Shown here: positions 50,830 through 63,166 of the stretch, piece by piece
Numbering within the stretch: the first letter of the stretch is position 1
Layout: each line of letters opens with the position of its first letter
Source: Malacoraja senta
Taxonomy: Eukaryota
Length of the DNA: 64,000 bases
Direction: 5' to 3'
NCBI GenBank assembly: GCA_038087875.1
Contig: CM075999.1
Coordinates: forward strand, 4,528,001-4,592,000
Program-made: the position numbers and the translations under genes
Notes under the pieces: model-generated
The model's database searches: none
What the model saw: only the letters and a program-made list of their open reading frames with translations
Told to the model about the DNA's origin: nothing

Positions 50830-52950
50830 TAGGACTGGTGCAGTGGGCAGGGATTCAAGTTTCTGGATCATTGGGACCTCTTTTGTGAAAGGTGTGACCT
50901 GTACAAAAAGGACGGGTTGCACTTGAACCCGAGGGGGACCAATATCCTGGCGGGGAGATTTGCAAAGGCTACTGCGGAGACTTTAAACTAGAACGGTTGG
51001 GGGGAGGGACTCAAATAGAGAAAGCTAATAGACAGTGTGTGAGGCAGGAGGCAGAGAAGGGAAGCACTCAGACCCAACAGTTAGGGGGGGGGGAGAAGAA
51101 AAAAATAATAAACAGAGAATAAGAGGTGGTGGGTTTCTTAAATGTGTGAGCAGAGAGACAAAGGGGTGTAAAATGAGGGTAGAAGTAATAGGTAGCAAGG
51201 TGAAAAGTAAACGTGGCAGGCAGACAAATCCAGGGCAAAAATCAAAAAGGGCCACTTTTCAACATAATTGTATAAGGGGTAAGAGCGTTGTAAAAACAAG
51301 CCTGAATGCTTTGTGTCTCAATGCAAGGAGCATTCGTAATAAGGTGGATGAGTTGAATGTGCAGATAGCTATTAATGATTATGATATAGTTGGGATCACG
51401 GAGACATGGCTCCAGGGTGACCAAGGCTGGGAGCTGAACATCCAGGGATATTCAATATTCAGGAGGGATAGACAGAAAGGAAAAGGAGGTAGGGTAGCGT
51501 TGCTGGTTAGAGAGGAGATTAACGCAATGGAAAGGAAGGACATTAGCTTGAAGGATGTGGAATCGATATGGGTAGAGCTGCGAAACACTAAGGGGCAGAA
51601 AACGCTAGTGGGTGTTGTGTACAGGCCACCTAACAGTAGTAGTAGAGTTTGGTATGGCATCAAACAGGAAATTAGAAATGCGTGCAACAAAGGTAAAACA
51701 GTTATAATGGGTGACTTCAATCTACATATAGATTGGGTGAATCAAATTGGCAGGGGTGCTGAGGAAGAAGATTTCTTGGAATGTATGTGGGATAGTTTTC
51801 TAAACCAACATGTAGAGGAACCAACGAGAGAGCAGGCTATTCTAGACTGGGTATTGAGTAATGAGGAAGGGTTAGTTAGCAGTCTTGTTGTGCGTGGCCC
51901 CTTGGGCAAGAGTGACCATAATATGGTTGAGTTCTTCATTAGGATGGAGAGTGACATTGTTAATTCAGAAACAAGGGTTCTGAACTTAAAGAAAGGTAAC
52001 TTTGAGGGTATGAAACGTGAATTGGCCAAGATTGACTGGCAATTGATTCTTAAAGGGTTGACTGGCAATTGATTCTTAAAGGGTTGACGGTGGATATGCA
52101 ATGGAAGGCAATTAAAGACTGCATGGATGAACTACAAGAATTGTTCATCCCAGTTTGGCAAAAGAATAAATCAGGGAAGGTAGTGCATCCGTGGATAACA
52201 AGGGAACTCAGGGATAGTATCAAAACAAAAGATGAAGCTGGGAGAAATTCAGTCCAGCAGAGGAGGACAAAGGGCTTAATTAGGAAAGGGAAAATAGATT
52301 ATGAAAGAAAACTGTCAGGGAACATAAAAACTGACTGCAAAAGTTTTTACAGATATGTGAAGAGAAAGAGATTAGTTAAAACAAATGTAGGTCCCTTGCA
52401 GTCAGAAACAGGTGAATTGATCATGGGGAACAAGGACATGGCAGACCAATTGAATAATTACTTTGGTTCTGCCTTCACTAAGGAAGACATAAATAATCTG
52501 CCGGAAATAGCACGGGACCGCGGGTCAAATGAGATGGAGGAACTGAGTGAAATCCAGGTTAGCCGGGAAGTGGTGTTAGGTAAATTGAATGGATTAAAGG
52601 CCGATAAATTCCCAGGGCTAGATAGGCTGCATCCCAGAGTACTTAAGGAAGTAGCCCCAGAAATAGTGGATGCATTAGTGATAATTTTTCAAAACTCCTT
52701 AGATTCTGGAGTAGTTCCTGAGGATTGGAGGGTAGCTAATGTAACCCCACTTTTTAAAAAGGGAGGGAGAGAGAAAACGGGGAATTACAGAACAGTTAGT
52801 CTAACATCGGTAGTGGGGAAACTGCTAGAGTCAGTTATTAAAGATGGGATAGCAGCACATTTGGCAAGTGGTGAAATCATTGGACAAAGTCAGCATGGAT
52901 TTACAAAAGGTAAATCATGTCTGACGAATCTTATAGAATTTTACGAGGAT
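50830..52950 (+). mobile_element. CR1 LINE fragment: family A ORF1 end and linker fused to family B APE/RT; 3'-truncated
   Basis: KKDGLHLNPRGTNILAGRFAKA (SGNH DxxH) then the 345-aa APE ORF 51035-52072; a 26-bp tandem duplication at 52032-52083 shifts the frame. Confidence 0.92.
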
Positions 52951-53218
52951 GGGTCAGGATCCAGTGGCATGGAGTCCAAGACGACCGGAGACCCTTTTCT
53001 GCTGAAACCTTCACCCACCTTCCCAGCCGTTGTGACGCTCCACTAAGGTCAGCCATCATCCTCCGCCTGTTCCACCGTTGAGGTCTTGGTTTGATTGCTC
53101 TTTGTCAGAGTCCTCCCCCTTGACCTTATCGCCATGGGTGGCCCTACCTGGAGCATAGCTCCAGACGGCATCGCTCTCAGGATCTCAGGACCACACAAGC
53201 CTCTCCACCATGACAAGG
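52951..53218 (-). mobile_element. RTE-clade LINE 5' end fragment (Rex3/BovB-like)
   Basis: Minus strand CCTTGTCATGGTGGAGAGGCTTGTGT...GGTAGGGCCACCCATGGC...CTGACAAAGAG resembles RTE 5' UTRs as recalled. Confidence 0.55.
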
Positions 53219-53644
53219 GATACAGTGATAAGCTTTGTTTCTATGCTATCCAGACAAATCATATCTTCCACGAATAAAGTCAAGACTTTGTGAGAAAATT
53301 AAGTATTGGAGTTGTCAGCATTAACAGAAATGGCTTCCTTGTGCGGTAAGGCACTTTGGTTACTTAAAAACCATTGGTTGATAATAGCCCTTGCAGTGTT
53401 GATTTAATTGTTGATAAATAAATACAAGTGATGCTGGCTCTGAACTTCCATTAGCACCATACTTAACAAGTGGTTTGTCAATACTGTACAAATAAATCAA
53501 TTTTAAGTTAACAATCAACCAAGTTTTCAGATTTAAAAACTTAACGACAAAATATTTTCGCATCAGCTATTGACCGGACAACTTATTTAGTTCGCAATCA
53601 TATCACTTATCTAAACATTGAAGAAATATTTGAAGCTTTATTAC

Positions 53645-53744
53645 CTTTGGAAAGCAATTTACGAAACTTTTGAGTGGTTGCTAGTTGCAATTCAGTATCA
53701 TCAGAGAAAAGCATCTGCACCATTTCTCTTGTGATCATCCCCTC
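53645..53744 (-). CDS. KPNA6: Importin alpha-7 coding exon
   Basis: [33 protein letters not shown](E); ctttag/gtaa; 100 nt, phase 0/1. Confidence 0.93.
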
Positions 53745-56359
53745 CTAAAGTGGAAATATAATTTCAAGATTCAAGCAGCATCATTTTGTTTTTTAACATG
53801 AGGGTGAAACAAAAGGGCTTTACAGAAAACAGATCATAAAGGTTTTCTTAGTTAACAAGTCTGGAACTACCACCCAGATTTGTAATGCAAACACTAACAA
53901 GAAGAAAATCTGGATACATTTGTTCATGAAGTACTGTGCTTGAATTATGAATATGCATTTTCCTCCACCAGGAGACAACTAGAAAAGTTTAACGGAGATT
54001 GTAATGGAAATACTTGCTGGTAAATAACAATCTGCAGTATTTTGCCATTACCTATTTACAGTATCAAACATTTCATCTGTACTAATTCAAGTATTAATTA
54101 AAACAGCTTAACCAGAATTTCTCCGTGTTAGGACTTAATTCACATTCTGTCCCCATGAGTGCTGATAGCTTCAGGTCCAGTCCTGAATGTTGTTGAATAA
54201 ACATACATGGATGTAATAAATGTGGAAAGAGAATAATCAGTTTCTAAACCACTTGAAGTCAAGTGGCTCTGGTGTGTGTAGTTTTGGTTACATGCCTTGT
54301 AATTTCAAAATCTTTCCCTGTTCGCAAGTTCAATGGAAATAGCTTGTTAACTAATATATCATTTCCTATTAGTATTTAGATGTTTTAGTTTATGTTTATT
54401 TGGGAAACATGGAGTACAAATAAGATGGCCTTCATGATATCTGCAATTTTTGTTATCTGTGGAAATTCCATGACATGAACATGAAATTAGTTATGCAAAT
54501 AGAATAAGGCAATGAGGGCTCATATGAGAAGAGTGTACTCTCATGCCCAATCTGACAAATCCCTTCATTCAGAGGTGATAAATCTCTGGAATTTTCCACT
54601 TCAGGGGTTTTATGCATACTCTGACACAATATATTTAAGACTGAGCAATGGAAGGGTAAGCACAGACTAGGCGACTGTTTTGTCGAGCGCTGATTGTGCT
54701 CTGTCCGCCAAGGTCTGTGGGATCTCCTGGTTGCTAACTATTTGAATTGCCCTTCTCATTCCCACATCTTTCTGTCCTTGGCCTCCTCCATTGCGAGAGT
54801 TAGGCTTCAAGCAAACTTGAGGAACAGCATCTCATATTCTGTTTGGGTGCCTTACAACATAATGGTGTGAACATTGAATTCTCCAATTCCAAGTAATACT
54901 CCACTCTCTTTCCCATTCTGACCACTTCCCCACCTGCCAGGCTTTGCCCCACACCACCTCTTTTTTACAGCTTTTTTTCTATTGTTCAATAAAGCTATAC
55001 CCAAAATGTCATCTGTCCATTTGTCAGGCCAATAGAATGTTAGCTGTATTGTAAAGAAACTGAAGTAGAAAAGTAAAGTTCGGATGCAATTTTACAGGGC
55101 ATGGCGAGTCCTTATTTGAGGAAGGATGAATTAGCATTGAAGACAGCGCTGACAAGTGTTACCGGGTTGATTTCTAGGTAGGAAGAGAGATTCAGTAAGC
55201 AGGGTCGACACTCATTGGAGTTTAGAAAAGTCATGCAACTTGATTGAAACATACTATGAATCTGAAGGAAAACACAAAATGCTGGAGAAACTCAGCAGGT
55301 CAGGGGGGTGGGAGATTGTAACCTTCACGTGGTCCACCCTGTTTCGACGAATGCAAGCAACCTGGCATGCACAAACAGAAGATCAAACAGAACAAGTTGT
55401 CTTACAACTTTAGGCTGTGCATGCAAGAAGAAGGAGCAGGTCAGGCAGCATCTGTAGAGGGAATGGACAGACTACGATTTGGGTCTTGACCTGAAACATT
55501 ATTTGTCCATTCCCTCCACAGATGCTGCCTAACCCGCTGAGTTTCTCCAGTATTTTGCTCAAGATTCCAGCATCTACAGTTCCTTGTGTATCCAAGATTC
55601 TGAACAAATTTGCCAAGTTGTTTATCAAATTTGATCCAGTTTGCTTTTCCTTATGTGTACCAGACACCCCATTAAAACATTCCCTGTTTGACCTATCTAA
55701 ACCTTCTACTTCTCACTAAGCCCTCCTGTTTTAGATGCCCCTACCAAGACAAATGACCCCACCATGTTCCTCGTGATTTTGTATACAATCAGCCTCCACC
55801 ACGCCAGGAAACAAACCTAAGCGATCTGATTTTTTCTTCCAACTGCAATTGGTTAGGGTTAGGTTACAATTTGTTGCTGCACTCTAGTAAGGATATGATT
55901 CAGCTGGAGAGGGTGCAGAGGAGATTGACACAATGTTTGCTGGAATACATTTTTGATGGCTGTGTAGCAGTGGTTGAGAGTGTTTGGACCTCTGGTTGGG
56001 CAAGAGACTTGCTGATAGTAAAGGGAGGTTGCATGCAGTCGAGGTCACGACCCGTGACCCGTACTGTTGCCACGCAACACCAACTGGAGTACACGCGGTG
56101 AACTGCAGGTAAGCATTTACTATGGCTGGCAGCAGAGTCACCCTTCTTCTAGCCCAGCATCCGGACTAGTTGCACACTCACGGACCCGGGGCCGTCTATC
56201 CCCGCGGCCGGGGGTGGGGGTCGGAGGACGAGGAGGAGGAGGAGGTCGGGGGGGAGAGAAAGAGGTCGGGGTGCCGGTGCAGCGCGGTCAGTGACTCTGG
56301 GTGGGCGGAGGGAGCAGACCGTCCCCAACTCTGCTGTAGCTGACGTTGCCTAGAGCCAT

Positions 56360-56590
56360 GGGCCCCGCTCCACCCCGGCCCCGGTCCACCCGGCCCAGCT
56401 CCGACCCCGCTCCACCCGGCCCCGACCCCGCTCCACCCGGCCCCGGACCTGCTCCACCCGACCCCGGCCCCGCTCCGACCCCGCTCCACCCTGCCCCGGC
56501 CCCGCTCCACCCCGGCCCCGCTCCACCCGTCCCCGCTCCACCCCGGCCCCGCTCCAACCCCAGCCCGACCCCGCTCCATCCCGCCCCGGT
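56360..56590 (+). repeat. GC-rich minisatellite with a CCCCGCTCCACCCGG core
   Basis: About a dozen degenerate 16-22-bp units within a CpG-rich 56030-56760 segment. Confidence 0.85.
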
Positions 56591-57488
56591 GTGTGGGCGC
56601 TGCCGACCCACAGCCCCGTGACAGTGCGGCCCACAGAGGGAGGCGGGGCGGAGGGCAGCCGTGGCTGGACAGCGCTGACCCGGGGGGGAAAGTGGGAGCT
56701 GTCCCGAGGGATGTGCTCCTTCGGCCGCTTACACCTTGGTGCTCGTGTTCAGAGCAAACCTTCCCGCTTTCAATGACAACACCCACAAATATTTATAGCG
56801 CAAGAAATGACAATTTTGGCGGTTTTTAACAGGTAAGAAGGTTTAAAGTTTTTTGCTTCTAAATATGCCACGAGCTTTATCCAGACTAAACATTTTTTAC
56901 AGCCCAAGATACTTTGATGCTAAACCAAAGCCAAATGGAAAGTGCACTCCACAAACATGAGTCAACTGTAACAGATAACTATGTATTCCATTGTTCCTCA
57001 ATGCTCTGAAAGAGATATTCTTGATTCTTTGCTGATCCAAGTGCCATGATTAGAGTGTCATAGAATGATACAGTGTGGAAACAGGCCCTTCGGCCCAACT
57101 TGTCCACACCGGCCAACAATGTCCCAGCTACACTGGTCCCACCTGCCTGAGCTTGGTCCATATCCCTCCAAACCTGTCCTCTCCATGTACCTGTCTAACT
57201 GTTTATTAAACGATGAGAGCCCAAAGCATCAACTACTTCCTCTGGCAGCTTGTTCCATGCACCCACCACCATTTGTGTGAAAAAGTTACCCGTCGAATTC
57301 CTATTAAGATTTCTGTAGTTTTTTATATTTTTTTAAATATTTTTATTAGAGGCAGGTACATATCATAAGATTTCTGTAGTTTTGCTGTAATCCTTCGACT
57401 TGACTGTGTTCAGTATTGCAATATTACCGATTTTTTTTTAGAATCATTGACACTAGTCGAATGGAATTGTAAATGATACAATGCTTAC

Positions 57489-57584
57489 CCCTGCTGCAGA
57501 AGAGTTAACAAACGAATCCAGGAGAGGGCTTTCAAATACGGCAGAGTCTTCATTGATAAGTTCCACATTTCTCCTTTTAAACAG
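57489..57584 (-). CDS. KPNA6: Importin alpha-7 coding exon (likely exon 3; end of the IBB domain)
   Basis: Reads [32 protein letters not shown]; tctcag acceptor, gtaagc donor; 96 nt, phase 0/0. RRNVELINE matches KPNA6 as recalled, rather than KPNA1 or KPNA5. Confidence 0.9.
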
Positions 57585-57859
57585 CTGAGAAAGAATAAGA
57601 TTAATCAAATCTCAAGAAATGACGTACAATCTGCAGAAAAATATTTTTAGAATAACAAACACTAGGAAATCGGAGTTGATCTCAGATGATTTCAGTAATC
57701 AAGAAGTTTGTAGGTAAAAAGATGGGATGATTTTTCCTTGAATGATAGTAATAGTCAAATAATCACTTGCTTTCTTTTACCAAACTATTTAATTCACTGC
57801 CACTCTTCTTCCAAGATCACTTAACATTGAGGGACATCTGCTCTCATATTGAGAGTCAG

Positions 57860-58685
57860 AGTTACAACGTGATACAGCATGGAAGCAGGCCCTTCGGCCC
57901 GACTAGCCCACATCGGCCAACATGTCCCACCTTCAATAGTCCCACCTGCTTGCGTTTGGCCCATATCCCTCCAAACCTGTCCTATCCATGTACCTGTCTA
58001 ACTGTTTCTTAAATGTCGTGATAGTCCCAGCCTCAACTACCTCCTCTGGCAGCTTGTTTCATACACACACCACCCTTTGTGTGAAAAAGTTACCCCTCAG
58101 ATTCCTATTAAATCTTTCCCCTGTCACCTTAAACTTATGCCCTCTAATCCTTGATTCCCCCACTCTGGGCAAGAGACTCTGTGCATCTTCCCGATCTAAT
58201 CCTCTCATGATTTTATACACCTCTGTAAGATCACTCCTCATCCGCCTGCACTCCAAGAAATAGAGTCCCAGCCTACTCAACCTCTCCCTATAGCTCAGAC
58301 CCTCTAGCCCAGACAACACCCATGTAAATCTTCTCTGTACCCTTTCCAGCTTGACAACATCTTTCCTATAACATGTTGCCCAGAACTTAACATAATACTC
58401 TAAATGCGGCCTCATCAACGTCTTATATTACTGCAACATGACCTCCCAAAGTCTACACACACTCAATAATCTGATGAAGGCCAATGAGCAAAAGCCTTTT
58501 TGACCACCCTACCTACCTACGACTCCACCTTCAAGGAACTATGTACCTGCACTCCTAGATCCCTCTGCTCTATAATGCTCGCCAGAGCTCTGCCATTTAC
58601 TGTGTAGGTCCTGCCCATGTTAGACTTCCCAAAGTGCAACACCTCACATTTCTCTATATAAAATTCCATCAACCAATCCTCAGCC
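57860..58685 (-). mobile_element. 5'-truncated CR1 LINE
   Basis: RPHLEYYVKFW...RGNFFTQRVV; related to 1495-2250. Confidence 0.88.
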
Positions 58686-58947
58686 TCTGATTAAATCTCT
58701 TTTAACTTATTCACTTATGGTTTCTGTTTCCCTACTTGTTTGCATAAGGTGTTGATCAAAACTCATTTGCGCAGATAATATCCAATAACCAGTTTTACTG
58801 CTTGTATCATGCCTGCTACCCATCTCTAGAAGTTCCTATTTGTATTAACCATATAACCATAACAGCACGGAAACAGGCCATCTCGGCCCTTCAAGTCCGT
58901 GCCGAACATTAAAACAATTTTTTTTAATTAAAAATAAATACTTCCCC

Positions 58948-61893
58948 CTAGTCCCATCTACCTGCACTCAGACCATAACCCTCCATTCCTTTCCCGTCCA
59001 TATACCCATCCAATCTATTTTTAAAGGATAACATCGAACCTGCCTCCACCACTTCCACTGGAAGCTCATTCCACACAGCTACCACTCTCTGAGTAAAGAA
59101 GTTCCCCCTAATGTTCCCCCTAAACTTCTGTCCCTTAATTCTCAAGTCATGTCCCCTTGTTTGAATCTTCCCTACTCTCAATGGGAAAAGCTTATCCACG
59201 TCCACTCTGTCTAACCTGCTCATAATTTTAAAGACCTCTATCAAGTCCCCTCTTAACCTTCTGCGCTCCAAAGAATAAAGACCTAACTTGTTCAACCTTT
59301 CTCTGTAACTTAGTTGCTGAAACCCAGGCAACATTCTAGTAAATCTCCTCTGTACTCTCTCTATTTTGTTGACATCCTTCCTATAATTAGGCGACCAAAA
59401 TTGTACTCCATACTCCAGAATTGGCCTCACCAATGCCTTGTACAATTTTAACATTACATCCCAACTTCTATATTCAATGCTCTGATTTATAAAGGCCAGC
59501 ACACCAAAAGCTTTCTTTACCACCCTATCTACATGAGATTCCACCTTCAGGGAACTATGCACAGTTATTCCTAGATCCCTCTGTTCAACTGCATTCCTCA
59601 ATTCGCTACCATTTACCGTGTACGTCCTATTTTGATTTGTCCTGCCGAGATGTAGCACCTCACATTTGTCAGCATTAAACTCCATCTGCCATCTTTCAGC
59701 CCACTCTTCCAAATGGCCTAAATCTCTCTGTAGACTTTGAAAATCTACTTCATTATCCACAACACCACCTATCTTAGTATCATCTGCATACTTACTAATC
59801 CAATTTTCCACACCTTCATCCAGATCATTGATGTACATGACAAACAACAGTGGACCCAACACAGACCCCTGAGGCACCCCACTAGTCACCGGCCTCCAAC
59901 CTGACAAACAGCCATCCACCATTACTCTCTGGCATCTCCCATTCAGCCACTGTTGAATCCATCTTGCTACTCCACCATTAATACCCAACAATTGAATCTT
60001 CTTAACCAACCTTCCATGAGGAACCTTGTCAAAGGCCTTACTAAAGTCCATATAGACAACATCCACTGCTTTACCCTCATCAATTTCCCTAGTAACCTCT
60101 TCGAAAAATTCAAGAAGATTAGTCAAGCATGACCTTCCAGGCACAAATCCATGTTGACTGTTCCTAATCAGACCCTGCTTATCCAGATGCTTATATATAT
60201 TATCTTTAAGTATCCTTTCCATTAATTTGCCCACCACTGACGTCAAACTAACAGGTCTATAATTGCTAGGTTTACTCTTCGAACCCTTTTTAAACAACGG
60301 AACAACATGTGCAGTACGCCAATCCTCCGGCACTATTCCCGTTTCTAATGACATTTGAAATATTTCTGTCATAGCCCCTGCTATTTCTACACTAACTTCC
60401 CTCAATGTCCTAGGGAATATCCTGTCAGGACCTGGAGACTTATCCGTTTTTTCATATTTTTCAAAAGTGTCCGCACCTCCTCTTCTTTGAATCTCACAGT
60501 TTCCATTGCTACTCTGCTCGTTTCCCTTACCTCACATCATTCCATATCCTTCTCCTTCGTGAATACCGAAGAAAAGAAATTGTTCAATATCTCCCCCATC
60601 TCTTTTGGCTCTGCAGATAGCTGTCCACTCTGACTCTCTAATGGACCGATTTTATTCCTTGTTATCCTTTTGCTATTAATATAGCTGTAGAAACCCTTTC
60701 GATTTACTTTCACCTTACTTGCCAAAGCAACCTCATATCTTCTTTTAGCTTTTCTAATTTCTTTCTTAATATTCTTTTTACATTCTTTATACTCCTCAAG
60801 CACCTCATTTACTCCATGCTGCCTATAATTATTGTAGATCTCTCTCTTTTTCCGAACCGTGTCCAATTTCCCTTGAAAACCATGGCTCTTTCCATTTTTT
60901 ACTATTTCCTTTCAACCGAACAGGGACATAAAGATTCTGTACTCTTAAAATTTCACCCTTAAATGTCCTCCATTTTTCTTCTACATCCTTCCCATAAAAC
61001 AACATGTCCCAATTCACTCCTTTTAAATCCTTTCGCATCTCCTCAAAGTTAGCCTTTCTCCAAACAAAAATCTCAACCCTAGGTCCAGTTCTGACCCTCT
61101 CCATAATTATATTGAAACTAATGGTATTGTGATCACTGGACCCGAAGTGCTCCCCGACGCATACCTCCGCCACCTGCCCCGTCTCATTTCCTAACAGGAG
61201 GTCCAGCACTGCCCCTTCTCTAGTAGGTACCTCTATGTATTGCTGCAAAAAACTATCTTGCACACATTTTACAAACTCCAAACCATCCAGCCCTTTTACA
61301 GAATGTGTTTCCCAGTCTATGTGTGGAAAATTGAAATCTCCCACAATCACTACCTTGTGCTTACTACTAATATCTGCTATCTCCTTACATATTTGCTCTT
61401 CCAATTCTCGCTCCCCATTTGGCGGTCTATAATACACCCCTATAAGTGTTGCTACACCTTTCCCATTTCTCAGTTCCACCCAAATAGCCTCCCTAGACGA
61501 GCCCTCTAATCTATCCTGCCAAACCACTGCTGTAATATCTTCCTTGACAAGCAATGCAACACCCCCACCTCTTGCCCCTCCAATTCTATCACCCCTGAAG
61601 CAACGAAATCCTGGAATATTTATTTGCCAATCACAGCCCTCCTGCAACCATGTTTCACTGATCGCCACAACATCATACTTCCAGGTGTCAATCCAGGCTC
61701 TAAGCTCATCCACCTTTCTTACAATGCTCCTAGCATTAAAATATACACATTTAAGAAACCCACCACCACTTATTCTCTGTTTATTATCTTTTTCTTCTTT
61801 CTCCCCTACATTTTGGGTCCGAGTGCTTCCCTTCTCTGCCTCCTGCCTCCCACATTTTCCACTAGCTTTCTCTATTTGAGTCCCTCCCCCCAA
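58948..61893 (-). pseudogene. CR1 ORF2 (APE endonuclease + reverse transcriptase), lightly disrupted
   Basis: YFNARS, ISETW, GDFN, SDH; a 485-aa open RT part with YADD. Compared with the sister copy: 2-nt deletion near 60860, TGA at 60537, 2-nt insertion near 60450. Confidence 0.92.
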
Positions 61894-61898
61894 CCGTT

Positions 61899-62834
61899 CT
61901 AGTTTAAAGTCTCCCCAGTAGCCTTTGCAAATCTCCCCGCCAGGATATTGGTCCCCCTCGGGTTCAAGTGCAACCCGTCCTTTCTGTACAGGTCACTCCT
62001 TCCCCAAAAGAAGTCCCAATGATCCAGAAATTTGAATCCCTGCCCGCTGCACCAGTTCCTCAGCCACGCATTTATCCTCCACCTCACTCCATTCCTACTC
62101 TCACCGTCATGTGGCACAGGTAGTAATCCTGAGATTGTTACCTTTGTAGACCTTCTCCTTAACTCTCCTCCCAACTCCCTAAATTCTCCTTTCAAGACCT
62201 CTTCTCTTTTTCTACCTATGTCATTGGTACCTATATGTACCACAACCTCAGGCTCCTCTCCCTCCGATTTCAGGATATCTTGGACGCGTTCAGACACATC
62301 CCTGACCCTGGCACCAGGGAGGCAAACTACCATTCGGGTCTCCTGACTGCGTCCACAGAATCGCCTATCCGACCCCCTAACCATAGAGTCCCCTATTACT
62401 ATTGCCCTCCTCTTCTTTTCCCTACCCTTCTGAGCAATAGGGCTGGTCTCTGTGCCGGAGGCCCGGCCGCTGTTGCTACCCGCAGGAAGGCTGTCCCCCT
62501 CAACAGTACTTAAACAGGAGTACTTATTTTCAAGGTGTACAGCCACCGGGGTACTCACTAGTCCCTGCCTCTGCCCCTTGCCCTTCCTAACCGTGACCCA
62601 CTTGTCTGCCTCCCGTGGTCTTGGAGTGGCCACCTCCCTATAACTCTTTTCTATGACCTCCTCACTCTCCCTGATCAGACAGAGGTCATCGAGCTGCTGC
62701 TCCAGGTTCCTAACACGGTCCCTTAGGAACCCCATCTCTACGCACCTGACACAGATGTGGACGTCTGGAGGGGTATCAGACTCCATGACCTCCCACATCT
62801 GACATCCAGAACAGTAAACTGCCCTGGCCCTCAT
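61899..62834 (-). CDS. CR1 ORF1: Cys-rich zinc finger, coiled coil and SGNH/GDSL esterase domain
   Basis: CSGC...CVRC; LRDRVRNLEQQL; GDS, VVHIGTND and DGLH blocks; 311 aa open. Confidence 0.88.
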   Translation of the reverse strand: MRARAVYCSGCQMWEVMESDTPPDVHICVRCVEMGFLRDRVRNLEQQLDDLCLIRESEEVIEKSYREVATPRPREADKWVTVRKGKGQRQGLVSTPVAVHLENKYSCLSTVEGDSLPAGSNSGRASGTETSPIAQKGREKKRRAIVIGDSMVRGSDRRFCGRSQETRMVVCLPGARVRDVSERVQDILKSEGEEPEVVVHIGTNDIGRKREEVLKGEFRELGGELRRRSTKVTISGLLPVPHDGESRNGVRWRINAWLRNWCSGQGFKFLDHWDFFWGRSDLYRKDGLHLNPRGTNILAGRFAKATGETLN

Positions 62835-62983
62835 ACTCCCCCCTTACCCTGGATACAATACAAAACTGGTGGAGGAAATCAGCAGGGATCTGACTCCCAA
62901 TCAGCTGCTTTCTCTTGGTCCTCTTCCACCAATCAGCGGCTTCCTCACTTATAGGAAACTTGAATGGAACGTTGCAGTTTTGG

Positions 62984-63166
62984 TCCTTCTGCAACGGTCC
63001 CTGGGCGTCTGGAAAGCAAAGCCCCGCACTGTTTAACTACTCCCTACCCGGACGCTGCTCCTCCTTCTGCAACGGTCCCTGGGCGTCTGGAAAGCAAAGC
63101 CCCGCGCTGTTTAACTACTCCCTACCCGGACGCTGCTCCTCCTTCTGCAACGGTCCCTGGGCGTCT
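62984..63166 (-). repeat. 78-bp tandem repeat (2.3 copies) at the CR1 5' end
   Basis: On the plus strand, units start at 62984, 63062 and 63140; the two full units differ by one base. Confidence 0.92.

Noticed and set aside
53090..53218. HDV-like ribozyme in the RTE 5' fragment
   Set aside because: A GCC-ACCCAT-GGC hairpin is present, but I could not build a convincing nested double pseudoknot by eye; it needs an RNArobo or Infernal search.
62984..63166. CRISPR-like repeat-spacer array
   Set aside because: The intervening sequences are identical, so it is a tandem repeat; the context is eukaryotic with no cas genes.
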